DNA of 58,485 nucleotides, filler included, from Limisphaerales bacterium (GCA_044225505.1; 3 parts of 2 records of this genome joined end to end with filler, not necessarily neighbours in it), one strand, 5' to 3'. Positions 41,057 to 51,615 are shown, counted from the whole stretch's first letter. Notes: generated by a model from the letters alone, not told the origin. Made by a program: numbers and translations.

Positions 41057-42088
41057 TCAGTAGCTCATGGGAGTGATCTTCACCTTACCGCGAAAAATCC
41101 AATAAATGCTGATCGTATACGCCAGGACAATCGGTAGGCCGGAGAGGGCGATCGTGAGCATAATCGCGAGAGTTTTGGCCGATGAGGAGCCGTTCCAAAT
41201 GTTGAGGCTGTTGCGTGGATCGGGATGGCTCAATACGAGGTTCGGATACATCTCCATCCCAAAGAGCATCATCAGCGCCGCCATGGCCAGACAAGAAGAC
41301 ACAAAGGCTCGGCCATCGCGACCGTGGTGAATCTCGCGAGGGACGTTGGCAATAGCCAGCATGTTGATGACAGCGACACTGAAAAGCCACGGCTCGGCGC
41401 GCACTCGCGCTGCCATGTGCGGCACGTAGAGGAGCGTGGCCATCGTGGTCACGGCATAGCAAATGATGAAAAAGATGATGCAGTTGCTGATCCAACCGCG
41501 CAACTTGTCGTGCAGAGGTCCCTCCGTTTTCATGAGCGCGTAAATGGCTCCATGCATCATGAAGAGCGCCAGAGTGGTGATTCCCAGGAGAAATGCGTAC
41601 GGGTGCAGCAGGTCCATAAAGGTCCCGACGTACTCGTGGCGATGATCCAGTGGAACACCCCAAGCGATGTTCCCCATCGCCACGCCGATGAGCAAGCTGG
41701 AGAGGACACTGCCTGCGCTGAAACCGACATCCCAAGCCTGACGCCACCAACCCATGGGCTGCTTGCTCCGAAACTCAATAGCAACCGCTCGAAAGATAAG
41801 GGCAACGAGCAAGAGAACAAATGCCATATAGAACCCGCTGAACACCGTTGCATAGACCATAGGGAACGCAGCGAAAAGGGCTCCACCTCCCGTGACCAGC
41901 CACACCTCGTTGCCATCCCATACCGGGCCGATCGCGTTCAGCATCGTGCGGCGGTCCTCGTCCGTGCGGGTGAAGAGATGTAGCGCGCCGATCCCCAAAT
42001 CGAAGCCATCCAGCATGGCGTAACCGGTAAAGAGAACGCCAATCAGGACGAACCAAACCGTATTCAGATCAAGGTTGCCGAAGTTCAT
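41057..42088 (-). CDS. cydB: Cytochrome bd ubiquinol oxidase subunit II
   Basis: LDGFDLGIG, IGPVWDGNEVWL and YWIFRGKV motifs. Confidence 0.95.
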   Translation of the reverse strand: MNFGNLDLNTVWFVLIGVLFTGYAMLDGFDLGIGALHLFTRTDEDRRTMLNAIGPVWDGNEVWLVTGGGALFAAFPMVYATVFSGFYMAFVLLLVALIFRAVAIEFRSKQPMGWWRQAWDVGFSAGSVLSSLLIGVAMGNIAWGVPLDHRHEYVGTFMDLLHPYAFLLGITTLALFMMHGAIYALMKTEGPLHDKLRGWISNCIIFFIICYAVTTMATLLYVPHMAARVRAEPWLFSVAVINMLAIANVPREIHHGRDGRAFVSSCLAMAALMMLFGMEMYPNLVLSHPDPRNSLNIWNGSSSAKTLAIMLTIALSGLPIVLAYTISIYWIFRGKVKITPMSY

Positions 42089-43451
42089 AGGCGGGAGCTG
42101 AGGGGATAGCCTGTTGGCAGACCGGCACCAGGTCAGCATTGTCGGGCCCATGCTGAATCTTATCGTTTAAGAGGTAAACGAACACTGCGAAAAGCAGTAA
42201 ATAAATGAAGGTAAACAGGACCAGGGACGAAAGAACCATATTGGCGCTGACGACTGCTGAGAGTCCTTCCGACGTCCGGAGCAGTCCTTGGACAATCCAT
42301 GGCTGGCGGCCCACTTCTGCGGCAAACCAACCCGCTTGGTTGGCCAGTTGGGGACCGAGCACCGACAGCACCAGCAACCATAGCATCCATCGCTTCTCAA
42401 ACAGAGAGTTCCGCCAGAAGTAGAGAAAACCGAGGCCAGCGATCAGAAGCATAGCCAGACCGATCGCGACCATGCCGTGGAAAAAGAAAAATGACCACCG
42501 AACAGGGGGGCGGTCCTGGGGCGCAAACTCGCGCAAGCCTGTGACCGGTTGTGTGGTGTTGCCGTGGGCCAGGAAACTGAGCAAGCCCGGGATGGCGAGA
42601 CCGCGCGTTCTCTCAGCCTTCTCGTCCACCCAGCCAACCAGGATAAGCGGCGCGTTCATGGTCGTTTCATAAAGTCCCTCGAAAGCTGCCAATTTTGCCG
42701 GCTGATTCCTGGCCACTCCCGTTGCGCTATCGTGACCAGTGATGATCTGGAGGAGCGAAGCCGCCAAGCCGACAATTAGGCCGAGCCGTAACGAGGCGCG
42801 CGCGAACTCGACAAATCGTCTTTTGAGCAGATACCACGCGCTGACGCTCACGACCAGGAAGGCACCTGCCTGCCACGCGCCGCAAATCGTGTGCGCGAGA
42901 CGGTCCATGGACGACGGGTTGAACACCATGGCCCAGAAATCCGTTGTCTCCGCCCGGGCCCGAATCCCTTCGCCGACGATGTGGAAGCCGGCGGGGGTTT
43001 GCATCCAGGAGTTCGCGACGACGATCCAAATGGCGCTGAAGTGCGCGCCAAGACAAACCATGCAGGTGGCGAAGAAGTGCATCCTGGGCCCCACCCGATC
43101 CCAGCCGAACAACAGCACCGCCAGAAACCCGGATTCCAGGAAGAAGGCAAAGATCCCCTCAGCCGCGAGAGCGCTGCCGAATACGTCGCCCACATAGCGC
43201 GAATACGCGGCCCAGTTCGTGCCGAACTCGAACTCCATAACAATCCCCGTAGCCACCCCAATAGCAAAGGTGAGAGCAAACACCCTGGTCCAGAACCGAG
43301 CCATTTGATGGCAGAGCGGCTCTCCGGTGCGAAGCCAGATGGCTTCCATGACCACCAACATGACGCCGAGCCCAATACTCAGCGGCGGGTAAATGTAATG
43401 GAATGAGATCGTCGCTGCGAATTGCAGGCGAGACAGGCTCAGCACGTCCAT
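42069..43451 (-). CDS. cydA: Cytochrome bd ubiquinol oxidase subunit I
   Basis: SRLQFA...HYIYPPL, EFEFGTNW, FFLES, ANSWMQTP, QPAKLAAFEG and EVGRQPW motifs. Confidence 0.96.
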   Translation of the reverse strand: MDVLSLSRLQFAATISFHYIYPPLSIGLGVMLVVMEAIWLRTGEPLCHQMARFWTRVFALTFAIGVATGIVMEFEFGTNWAAYSRYVGDVFGSALAAEGIFAFFLESGFLAVLLFGWDRVGPRMHFFATCMVCLGAHFSAIWIVVANSWMQTPAGFHIVGEGIRARAETTDFWAMVFNPSSMDRLAHTICGAWQAGAFLVVSVSAWYLLKRRFVEFARASLRLGLIVGLAASLLQIITGHDSATGVARNQPAKLAAFEGLYETTMNAPLILVGWVDEKAERTRGLAIPGLLSFLAHGNTTQPVTGLREFAPQDRPPVRWSFFFFHGMVAIGLAMLLIAGLGFLYFWRNSLFEKRWMLWLLVLSVLGPQLANQAGWFAAEVGRQPWIVQGLLRTSEGLSAVVSANMVLSSLVLFTFIYLLLFAVFVYLLNDKIQHGPDNADLVPVCQQAIPSAPAYELRQP

Positions 43452-43609
43452 AAGCTCCTCGGGTTGTCGCGAGCCCCTATACTGGCCAGACAGGACATGG
43501 CCGCCCCGCCAGTGCGGTTCAGTTCCCTCGCTGCGCGATCTGTCAACTCACCCACATCCGCCGCCCCGGAGCAGACGAGAATCAACGCACTCACCTTTTT
43601 CTCATTCAT
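43439..43609 (-). pseudogene. Truncated DGC-domain (zinc-binding) protein
   Basis: CSGAADVGELTDRAAREL...MSCLASIG is the N-terminal half; the DGC motif itself is missing and the ORF runs into the cydA start. Confidence 0.65.
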
Positions 43610-43712
43610 GCTTTTGAAAAGAGTTGTCCAGGCCGCACAAGACATATGGCGCCGAGCACCAGCCCGGGACGGTCTCCCAAGTTGGCTTGGCTAAAGTCCC
43701 ACCCACGGGCTC

Positions 43713-43728
43713 TGCAGGGAATATGCCA
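43713..43728 (-). promoter_or_regulatory. sigma54 promoter of the DGC-cydAB unit
   Basis: TGGCATATTCCCTGCA (GG-N10-GC) on the minus strand. Confidence 0.7.
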
Positions 43729-43804
43729 CCCGACACCAGTCTGGGTTCTGGGTTCACTCCAGTCGTTTGAATGGAAATTTCAAACGTTAACTCGGCGGCA
43801 AACG

Positions 43805-43849
43805 TGGCGAATTGCAATTGGGAGAGCGCTCGAGGGTGGCGAATTGCCA
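43805..43849. promoter_or_regulatory. Paired enhancer (UAS) sites
   Basis: TGGCGAATTGCAA (43805) and TGGCGAATTGCCA (43837), 32 bp apart, about 80-120 bp upstream of the sigma54 promoter. Confidence 0.7.
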
Positions 43850-44002
43850 TCACTCAGCAACAGGCGAATGAGTCCCACGAGTCACCGGTTACCACCGAAG
43901 GCCGCCCGCGGACTTTCACAGTCGGTCTCAACGTCTCCAAAGCCCACGGAAGCAGCCCGATTAGGAATGGACCGTGCTGAGGGCGCGAAACAACCTGGCA
44001 AA

Positions 44003-44701
44003 TCAGGACCGCAGCCGCCCGTCTTCCATCTTGAGCGTTCGATCAAACACGTCGAGTGAGCGGTGATCGTGCGTCACAACGATGACCGCAGCGCCTCGGT
44101 CACGTGCAACTGTGCGGAAGAGTTCCATTACCTGTCTTCCGCGATGACTGTCGAGCGCGGCAGTAGGTTCGTCCGCCAGAATCAGGCTTGGTTGATTAGC
44201 GAGTGCCCGCGCTACCGCGACTCGCTGCTGCTGACCTCCGGACAACGCGTCGGGCAAGTGATGCGCTCTATCACCGACACCGAGGTACTCCAGGATCTCC
44301 ATTGACTGATGGCGTGCCCCACGTGACGGAACGTCGTTGATCTCAAGTGCGATTTGGACGTTGCGCAATGCGGAAAGAAACGGAATCAGGTTTGCCTTCT
44401 GGAAGACAAATCCGAGGTATTTGCGGCGAAACGCCGCGAGGTTCACCAGGGCGCGATCTGCTTCCATCACGGCAACTCCGTTAATCGTGATACGGCCATA
44501 GGTGGGTGGGTTAATCAGACCGACACTGCTCAGCAACGTCGACTTGCCCGCTCCGCTGGGCCCGAGCAGAGCGACCACCTCACCATGTTCAACGCGCAAG
44601 GAGATATCCTCGATCGCCACCACTTCGGTGTTGCCGCTGCCGTAGATCTTGGTCAATCCAATCACTTCGAGCGCCGGGGTTGTGGCAGTGGTGACTTGCA
44701 T
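44003..44701 (-). CDS. ABC exporter ATP-binding protein (LolD/MacB-like)
   Basis: GPSGAGKST, LSGGQQQR, LADEPT and VTHD motifs. Confidence 0.93.
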   Translation of the reverse strand: MQVTTATTPALEVIGLTKIYGSGNTEVVAIEDISLRVEHGEVVALLGPSGAGKSTLLSSVGLINPPTYGRITINGVAVMEADRALVNLAAFRRKYLGFVFQKANLIPFLSALRNVQIALEINDVPSRGARHQSMEILEYLGVGDRAHHLPDALSGGQQQRVAVARALANQPSLILADEPTAALDSHRGRQVMELFRTVARDRGAAVIVVTHDHRSLDVFDRTLKMEDGRLRS

Positions 44702-45912
44702 CAGGAAAGCACTTTGTTCGGTTCAACACGCATCGCTTTCCAGATCCCAAGCAGACTGGCTGACATCGAAATCGCGAGGACGATAACAGCCAGTGACCAG
44801 AGGTCGGAGCTAGTAACCATCACACGCCGCGGAAATAGCGGGAAAAGCCACTGTCCGATGACGTAAGCCACACCAAACCCAAGTGCCCCCAGCAGTAGGG
44901 CTTGCTGCAGAATGAGACCGATCACCACTCGATTCCGAGCTCCCATCAACTTGAGCATGGCAATGTCGTGGGTTTTGTCCAAGGTGAGCGTGTAGAGGAT
45001 AAGCGCCATGATAATGGCGGAGACTACGACGAGGATAGCCCGAAAGAGCCCAAGTTGCCTTCGAGCTCGATCCACGTTCCCACGGAGGAGCAACTGGCGC
45101 TGGCCTTCGTGAGTGTGCACAGTCACATCAGGCCACCCGGAAACGATTCTGGCCACCGAAGCAATTTCAGTCCCGGGTCTGACTTTGACCAGGATCGCGC
45201 TCAGGAAAGGGGTCGCGAGCGCTGGCAGAGAGGATGACGGTCCTGCCGCCCGTTCCAGCAACTCGGGTTGAGCACGACCAAAATCCTGGTTGGCTGCACG
45301 CTTGCGTCGGGCAGTGCGCTCGAGCCTCTGAGCTTCAGCGGGAAGGTCGAATTGGATGGCCCTGGCATCAGTCACGGTGAAGAAAGCCGTTCCATCACCC
45401 GAAGATGAAGCCATTCCCTTCGTCAGTCCCACGACCGTGTATGTGTCTTTGCCCAGAAACACGCGCTCCCCAAGCTCCAAGCCAAGGACTTGATCTGCGA
45501 TCATCTCCAAATGCGCCTGCCCCAGAGCACGGCCCGCCGTTAGCGGCAGCCACTCGCCCCGGTCGTCCGGCCAGTCCAAGCCTTGAACAAACATGCGGAA
45601 CGGCTTTCCCTGCCGTTCCCTCTGCACAGTATGGGAGATGAAGCTCCTTGCGCTGTGCACTCCAGGGATGCTGAGCAAGCGGAACTGAAGGTTCGATGGG
45701 AGTCGTGACACCTCGGCGAACGGACCTCGCGTTTCCCTCTGCACGATCCAGAGATCTGCTCCGATCTCATCCACCAACTGCGTCGCTTCAAACACCAGGC
45801 CCTGATAGATCCCACTCATGCCGAGCACCAGCATGAGCAGCAGGCCGAGTCCGAGGGCGGTCAGCAGGAATCGGCCGAAGTTGTGTCGGATATCCTGAGC
45901 GGCCAGATTCAT
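44701..45912 (-). CDS. ABC exporter permease (FtsX/MacB-type)
   Basis: N-terminal TM, periplasmic domain, IAMLKLMGA and three C-terminal TMs. Confidence 0.9.
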   Translation of the reverse strand: MNLAAQDIRHNFGRFLLTALGLGLLLMLVLGMSGIYQGLVFEATQLVDEIGADLWIVQRETRGPFAEVSRLPSNLQFRLLSIPGVHSARSFISHTVQRERQGKPFRMFVQGLDWPDDRGEWLPLTAGRALGQAHLEMIADQVLGLELGERVFLGKDTYTVVGLTKGMASSSGDGTAFFTVTDARAIQFDLPAEAQRLERTARRKRAANQDFGRAQPELLERAAGPSSSLPALATPFLSAILVKVRPGTEIASVARIVSGWPDVTVHTHEGQRQLLLRGNVDRARRQLGLFRAILVVVSAIIMALILYTLTLDKTHDIAMLKLMGARNRVVIGLILQQALLLGALGFGVAYVIGQWLFPLFPRRVMVTSSDLWSLAVIVLAISMSASLLGIWKAMRVEPNKVLS

Positions 45913-47132
45913 GGTGTGCGCACTCGCCGCCCGTCCGTGAGGGCTTGCTTACCAGTCGCTACCGCTCGAAAAACCCTTTCTCCTGCGGCCAAGCCCTCCA
46001 GCACCTCCACCGTCTCAAGCCCTCGGAGGCCCAGCTGTAGCTGCCGCCATTTAGCTCGTCCGTCCTCCTCAGCGAATACTCCGGGCTTTCCCTGGCGCCA
46101 TGACACGAAAGTGAGGGGGAGTGCCAGAGTCGATGCTTTACGCCCGGTTTCGATGAACACCTCTGCCCTTTGTCCAACGGTCCAGTTCGTCGGCAGTGCC
46201 TTCACTCTTACATCCACGAGGAACTCACGAGTTTCACGGTCGGTTTCACGGCTAATCCGCGCAACGACACCTGGGTAACACTTGGCCGGTTCGGAGCGGA
46301 ATACCACTCGGGCGGGCTGATCGGGCATCAGAGGTCCCATGGCGGTCTCATCGACCCAGGCGGACACCCAGAGTTCGTTGGTGGAAATCAGTTGCAGAAG
46401 GGAACTTCCCGGGACCACGACTCCGCCTGGGTCTCGGTCGCGTCGGGTGATCAGGCCGTCATAGGGACTGGTAATGAGCGTGAAACTCAGTCGCTCCTTT
46501 TGATAACTGAGATTCTTTTCTGCCGTTATCACCTGGGCTTCAGCTTCCGCAACAGCGGCTTGCGTTCTCCGAATATCCGCCTCTGCCACGTGCAACGCCT
46601 CCACGGCCCTGTCTAACTCATCCTGCGAGGTCACTTTTGTGGCGAGCAATTCGGAGAGGCGCTGGTAGGACAAACGGGCCTGCCTTTCAACGGCGCGCGC
46701 ACGGTCCTGATCGGTCTTGACCCGCTCCAAGCTGGCCCGTGTGGTAGCGACCGTGGCTGAGGCCACTTCGACTTGCTGCTTCAGCTCACCGTCATCGAGC
46801 CGCGCAAGCAACTGCCCCTTAGCGACGGAGTCATTCTGATCGACCAGGACATTGGCAAGACGCTCCTGGATCCGGGAGCTAATCGTCGTCTTGACTCTCG
46901 CTTCCAAGGTTCCGGTTCCCATCACCTCCGAAGTCACTGTCGCTTGCGCCACGGTGTACGCCAGCGCAGGAACGGGTGCAACCCTCACCTTGTAGGCTAC
47001 AGCCACTCCGATAATGCCCACAAGAAGCCACTTCCCCGTGTTCAGCAGCGAAGACCACCATCTTGTCGGTGCGCCATTTCGGTTCTGCCGCTGTGGCGGA
47101 CCCCGTTGAGCGCCGCCTTGTTGAGTTTGCAT
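45909..47132 (-). CDS. Efflux periplasmic adaptor (MFP/HlyD) subunit
   Basis: GTGTLEAR, lipoyl halves (KGQLLARLD; ITSPYDGLI), coiled coil, VDE. Confidence 0.9.
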   Translation of the reverse strand: MQTQQGGAQRGPPQRQNRNGAPTRWWSSLLNTGKWLLVGIIGVAVAYKVRVAPVPALAYTVAQATVTSEVMGTGTLEARVKTTISSRIQERLANVLVDQNDSVAKGQLLARLDDGELKQQVEVASATVATTRASLERVKTDQDRARAVERQARLSYQRLSELLATKVTSQDELDRAVEALHVAEADIRRTQAAVAEAEAQVITAEKNLSYQKERLSFTLITSPYDGLITRRDRDPGGVVVPGSSLLQLISTNELWVSAWVDETAMGPLMPDQPARVVFRSEPAKCYPGVVARISRETDRETREFLVDVRVKALPTNWTVGQRAEVFIETGRKASTLALPLTFVSWRQGKPGVFAEEDGRAKWRQLQLGLRGLETVEVLEGLAAGERVFRAVATGKQALTDGRRVRTP

Positions 47133-47143
47133 TTGCTGATACA

Positions 47144-47169
47144 GAGCCTCGGATTTCGCAAAAGTTACA
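47144..47169 (-). promoter_or_regulatory. ECF-type promoter TGTAAC-N15-GGCTC
   Basis: TGTAACTTTTGCGAAATCCGAGGCTC, 11 nt before ATG 47132. Confidence 0.65.
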
Positions 47170-47295
47170 CGCAAAAAACGGGTATCCCGAGACGAACCGT
47201 TGCGACAGGATGAGTCCGTCCAGACACAGGCCATTCCTGAAGATTACTGAAATCCGGCCGCGACGCTGGACGTCACCCGACGTCATGCTGTCGCG

Positions 47296-48663
47296 CTACT
47301 TCAAACTGACCTTCGGCTTGGAGCGGATCGCGATCAGCTTCTCCGTCGTCCGGAAAAACAGGGCGCCATCCGAAACAGCCGGGGTGGCAAGGCAAAGACC
47401 ATTGAGATGGTTCGTTGCAACGACCGTCAATCTGTTGCTGGCACCAATGACGTAGACATCTCCAGATTCGCTGGTGAAATAGAGGTGGTCCTTTGCCGCA
47501 ACCCCCGAGGAGGTGAAGGCTTGGCCGCCGGAATTCAGTCGCTGGCTGTAGTGCAGGTGACCAGACTGGAGATCGAGGCACGATAAAATTCCGAGCCAGT
47601 CGCAGCTCCACAGGTTGGACTTGATCGAGATCGGAGTCTGCATGTAGCTGCCAAGTCGAGGATGACACCAGGCTATGGCGGTATTTGTCGATTCCAACTC
47701 GGCTGGCGTAATGTCACCCTGCGCGGCAGAAATGCGAACAGCTCGCAGGGGACGATACCTTCCGTGCGCGCTGGTGAACACGGCGAGGCCGTCGCCGACC
47801 AAAGGTGCCGGAACCGGAATGTCACCACCTCCCGAAAGAGTCCACAATTGCTTTCCGGTTAAAAAGTCGTAGCCGCCGAGCTGTTTCCAGCCGTTCACCA
47901 CGATCTGTGTGTGGCCGTGGCTCTCCGCCACTGCTGGCGTGCACCAGTTGGCGACTTCCTTGCGCGGTGTTCGCCAGAGCTCACGCCCGCTCTGCGCGTC
48001 GAATAGCGCCAGAAATTGTTCACTGAGCACGTCGCATTGGATGATGATTTTGCCAGCGTGCAGTAGAGGCGAACTCGCAAAGCTCCATTGCAGATCGGGC
48101 GCATTCCACGGTCCCGCATCCATCTTGCCGAGGTCCCTCTTCCAGAGGAGCACCCCTTCCATGTCGAAGCAAAACAGGCCTTCTGAGCCAAAGATTGCGA
48201 CGATGTGTTCGCCGTCGGTGGCAGGAGTGGAATTGCAGTGGCTGGCCTTCGTATGGCGTTCCTGGCGCGGCACAGCCTCGTGGGCGAGCTTGTCCCATAA
48301 CAGACCGCCTGTTCCTTTGTCGAAACAGAGCAGGCGCCACTGATGAGGCTCCCTCTCCTTGTAAGAATCGCCATCCCCGTAAACGCCGACCTTGAGCTCT
48401 GCTTTGGCTCCAGGCCGCACAGCAGTGGCGACATAGATGCAGTTGTTCCAGACAATCGGGCTGGAATGTCCAAGGCCTGGAACTTCCCGTAGCCACTTGA
48501 CGTTCTCCCCGGTTTCTAAGTTCCAGGTGGTCGGTGCGGCTACGGTCGATACGCCTCGTCCGTTCGGCCCGCGGAATTGAGGCCAATTTTGCGCGAAGGC
48601 CTCAGTAGCCGTCATCGCAAAGATCAGAAACGCCAGCCTGTACTTGAGTCTTCGAACATGCAC
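47296..48663 (-). CDS. PQQ-like (BamB-type) beta-propeller secreted protein
   Basis: NWPQFRGPNG, GHSSPIVW, STPATDG and G..LW repeats. Confidence 0.85.
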   Translation of the reverse strand: MHVRRLKYRLAFLIFAMTATEAFAQNWPQFRGPNGRGVSTVAAPTTWNLETGENVKWLREVPGLGHSSPIVWNNCIYVATAVRPGAKAELKVGVYGDGDSYKEREPHQWRLLCFDKGTGGLLWDKLAHEAVPRQERHTKASHCNSTPATDGEHIVAIFGSEGLFCFDMEGVLLWKRDLGKMDAGPWNAPDLQWSFASSPLLHAGKIIIQCDVLSEQFLALFDAQSGRELWRTPRKEVANWCTPAVAESHGHTQIVVNGWKQLGGYDFLTGKQLWTLSGGGDIPVPAPLVGDGLAVFTSAHGRYRPLRAVRISAAQGDITPAELESTNTAIAWCHPRLGSYMQTPISIKSNLWSCDWLGILSCLDLQSGHLHYSQRLNSGGQAFTSSGVAAKDHLYFTSESGDVYVIGASNRLTVVATNHLNGLCLATPAVSDGALFFRTTEKLIAIRSKPKVSLK

Positions 48664-48826
48664 CTGGCAATTCTCCCACCAGCCTTCCGAATTCGAAAGA
48701 ACACAATCGCGCTCTTTTCAAACGATCACCAGTGTCATGGCCGCATTGGCAGTCCGACCCAGCCGCTCGAAGAAGGCCGGCCCTTTTGTGTTCACTGAGG
48801 CCGGATGACTGAGGAGTCCGCGCGTT

Positions 48827-49225
48827 CTACGAGATGGTCGATGTCAGTCCGGACTCTAGGGAGCAGTTCGAAGTAATCCGCTGGGCTCGCCCAAGGGACC
48901 CCAGGTTGTGCACGTGGAGATAACCCTGGGCTCTCAAGCGTTGTCGCGCCACTGCGCTACGGCCGCCTCCCAAACAGTGCAACAAGATCACCTGGTCCTT
49001 TTTCGGAAACTGTGCAAGCACGTTCCGCGGCAGATCAGGTAATGGCAGGTTGATCGCACTCGGCACATGGCCTTTGCTGAACTCCTCCGGAGTGCGGACA
49101 TCCACAATCACTGCTCCCTCTCGGAGATAGCGGTGCGCGTCCGTGGCAGAAAGTAACGCGACTCTCCGGGCCAGGAAGATCACCACAATCATCGCGACGA
49201 TGAACAGCAGTGGCGTCCAGTTCAT
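48827..49225 (-). CDS. Membrane-anchored rhodanese
   Basis: N-terminal TM; VDVRTPEEF..GHVPSAIN; HCLGGGRS. Confidence 0.88.
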   Translation of the reverse strand: MNWTPLLFIVAMIVVIFLARRVALLSATDAHRYLREGAVIVDVRTPEEFSKGHVPSAINLPLPDLPRNVLAQFPKKDQVILLHCLGGGRSAVARQRLRAQGYLHVHNLGSLGRAQRITSNCSLESGLTSTIS

Positions 49226-49235
49226 ACGATGGCTC

Positions 49236-49895
49236 CTAGTGCGACGCTCCTCGGCGCGACCGCCCAAGAGTGCTGGCTGGAAAATCAATCCGCCATGCCC
49301 CTCTGAGGTCGCCGAGGTGAAAGCCCGCCGCCTCGTCTTGTGGGTAGAGCTTGCGGATCACTTCGAAATCCTCAGGCAGGATGTCTTTCCCGAGTTCGCC
49401 ATGGCACTTCAAACAGAGCGAATTGGTAAGCACGATCGGCGCAAAGAACGTCACGGTCCCCTCTACTAGATTCGTTACCACAGGATTCAGTACCTTACCC
49501 TGGCCAAGCTCATCATGATACCGATCGAGAATCGCTATTTCGACGGCATTGGCTTTACCTTTCGGGTTGCGAGCCCGATGAGTAACCCGGCGAAGAGTCA
49601 CTCCATATTTCTCACCCACTGACGCTGTCAGTGGGGATGCAGCCAGGGAGCAATAAGGCAGCGCGTTAGTAACGCCACCTGAGGTGAGCGCTGACTGCAG
49701 ATTGGAGCTGAGCAGGCTGAATGTTTCGCGGGCAATCGCTTTGCCCTGTGCAATGACGCCTTCCCGAAGCTCTAGGGTGGTTATCAGAGCGGCAGTTGTA
49801 GGCGTGGGTCTTTGCTGGTTCGTGACCGTGTCTGATCTCGAGCAGCCTGTCAGCAGCGAGGCGGCGGCAAACGCGAGGACGCAAAGAGGCTTCAT
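49236..49895 (-). CDS. DUF3365 (Tll0287-like) c-heme lipoprotein
   Basis: Lipobox LTGC; RNPKGKA; CLKCHG; YPQDEAAGFHLGDLRGAW. Confidence 0.85.
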   Translation of the reverse strand: MKPLCVLAFAAASLLTGCSRSDTVTNQQRPTPTTAALITTLELREGVIAQGKAIARETFSLLSSNLQSALTSGGVTNALPYCSLAASPLTASVGEKYGVTLRRVTHRARNPKGKANAVEIAILDRYHDELGQGKVLNPVVTNLVEGTVTFFAPIVLTNSLCLKCHGELGKDILPEDFEVIRKLYPQDEAAGFHLGDLRGAWRIDFPASTLGRSRRGASH

Positions 49896-51577
49896 TTGGC
49901 CGCTCCTCCTGCGGCGGCTGCCTGATAGGTGCGCCAGGAACCGGTCAGGTTTCGGACCTTGAACCCGCGCTGCACCAGTAGGCGACAGGCGAAATAGGAG
50001 CGCTGGCCGGATTGACAGTGGACGACGATCTCTCGGTCCCGCGGCAACTCGTCAGACCGGGCTCGCAGCTCATCGAGAGGAATATGAACCGAATTCGGTA
50101 TCGCCCCTTTCACACGCTCATCGAGCCGACGGACGTCCAGAACCAGCGACCCGGCCGTTTGGGCGCGCGAAAGCTCGTCCCATTGAATGAGTTGGACGTC
50201 ACCGGCAAGCACGTTTTGCCCAGCCATTCCTGCCAGGTTAACTGGATCCTTGGCCGAGCCGTAAGGAGGAGCATACGCCAGCTCGAGCTCGGCCAGATCG
50301 TGCACGGTCATGGCGCCTTTTAGGGCTGTCGCCAGGACGTCGATCCGCTTGTCCACACCATCACGACCGATGGCTTGAGCGCCAAGCAGGCGGCCGCTGT
50401 GAGGCGCGAACAAAACTTTGAGCGCGATTGGCTCCGCCCCCGGAAAAGACCCCGCGTGCGAATGAGGGTGAAGGTGGAGCGCCTGGTAGGGCACGCCGGC
50501 CTTGCGCAGGGCTTTCTCACTTGCCCCTGTGCATCCCGCTGAAAGATTGAAAAGGCGCAAGATGGCTGTGCCCCAGGTCCCACGGTACACGGAGTTGCGG
50601 CCGTAGATGTTATCCGCCGCAATGCGTCCCTGCCGATTGGCCGGCCCGGCCAGCGGGATGACGACTTGCTGACCGGTGACAGCATCCCGGACCTCAATCG
50701 CATCCCCCACGGCCCAAATATGCGGATCACTCGTCTGCAGCCGTTCGTTGACTCGAATCCCCCCCAGCTTGCCAATCTCGAGCCCTGCGCTCTTGGCCAG
50801 ATCCACGTTTGGCCTGACACCCAACCCCAGTATCACCGTGTCGGCAGGCAAGCGACGACCGCTCTTGAGGACGACCACGGACGCGCGAGCCGTTTCCCCG
50901 GGACTAGGCGCTTCAAATCCTGCCACAGAATCGTTCAGATGAAGTTCGACTCCGTTGGCTTCCAACTCCAAGTGTAACCAAGCCGCCATTTCCGGATCGA
51001 GCGGTGCCATTACCTGATCCGCCGCTTCGACCAGAGTAACGGACAGCCCGCCACGGCGAACCAGTTGCTCGGCCATTTCCAGGCCAATATAGCCGCCTCC
51101 AACCACCACAGCTCGGCAGCCAGGGCAGTCCGTAACCCAGTTCATGATCTGCTGCACATCAGGAATATTGCGGACCGTAAAGTGCCCAGGACGATCAATT
51201 CCTGGAATCCGAGGTAGTAGCGGCACCGCACCGGTCGACAGCACAAGATCGTCGAAGGCTTCTGTATACTCGTGACCAGTCGTCAATTCGCGAACGCGAA
51301 CCTCACCCGCGACACGGTCGATGGCGAAGACCTCCGATCGCACTCTCACGTCCAAGTTAAACCGAGACCGGAGGGTTTGCGGCGTTTGCAGCAGCAGTGC
51401 GTCCGGTTCTTCGATCTCTCCACCGACAAAGTAGGGGAGTCCGCAATTCGCAAACGAGACGTGTGGCCCGCGTTCGAACACGATGATTTCGCATCGTTCG
51501 CAAAGACGGCGCGCCCGGGCGGCCGCACTGGCCCCTCCCGCAACACCGCCAACCACAATGAGACGTCGTGAATCCAT
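49892..51577 (-). CDS. CoA-disulfide reductase-rhodanese fusion (NADH-dependent persulfide reductase-like)
   Basis: GGVAGGASAAARARR, SFANCGLPY, GGGYIGLEMAE, YAPPYGSAKDPVN; C-terminal rhodanese HCQSGQRS. Confidence 0.92.
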   Translation of the reverse strand: MDSRRLIVVGGVAGGASAAARARRLCERCEIIVFERGPHVSFANCGLPYFVGGEIEEPDALLLQTPQTLRSRFNLDVRVRSEVFAIDRVAGEVRVRELTTGHEYTEAFDDLVLSTGAVPLLPRIPGIDRPGHFTVRNIPDVQQIMNWVTDCPGCRAVVVGGGYIGLEMAEQLVRRGGLSVTLVEAADQVMAPLDPEMAAWLHLELEANGVELHLNDSVAGFEAPSPGETARASVVVLKSGRRLPADTVILGLGVRPNVDLAKSAGLEIGKLGGIRVNERLQTSDPHIWAVGDAIEVRDAVTGQQVVIPLAGPANRQGRIAADNIYGRNSVYRGTWGTAILRLFNLSAGCTGASEKALRKAGVPYQALHLHPHSHAGSFPGAEPIALKVLFAPHSGRLLGAQAIGRDGVDKRIDVLATALKGAMTVHDLAELELAYAPPYGSAKDPVNLAGMAGQNVLAGDVQLIQWDELSRAQTAGSLVLDVRRLDERVKGAIPNSVHIPLDELRARSDELPRDREIVVHCQSGQRSYFACRLLVQRGFKVRNLTGSWRTYQAAAAGGAAK

Positions 51578-51589
51578 CTTAACGAGACT

Positions 51590-51615
51590 GAGCCGCTCAC
51601 TCAGCAAAAGTTACA
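51590..51615 (-). promoter_or_regulatory. ECF-type promoter TGTAAC-N15-GGCTC
   Basis: TGTAACTTTTGCTGAGTGAGCGGCTC, 12 nt before ATG 51577. Confidence 0.65.
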
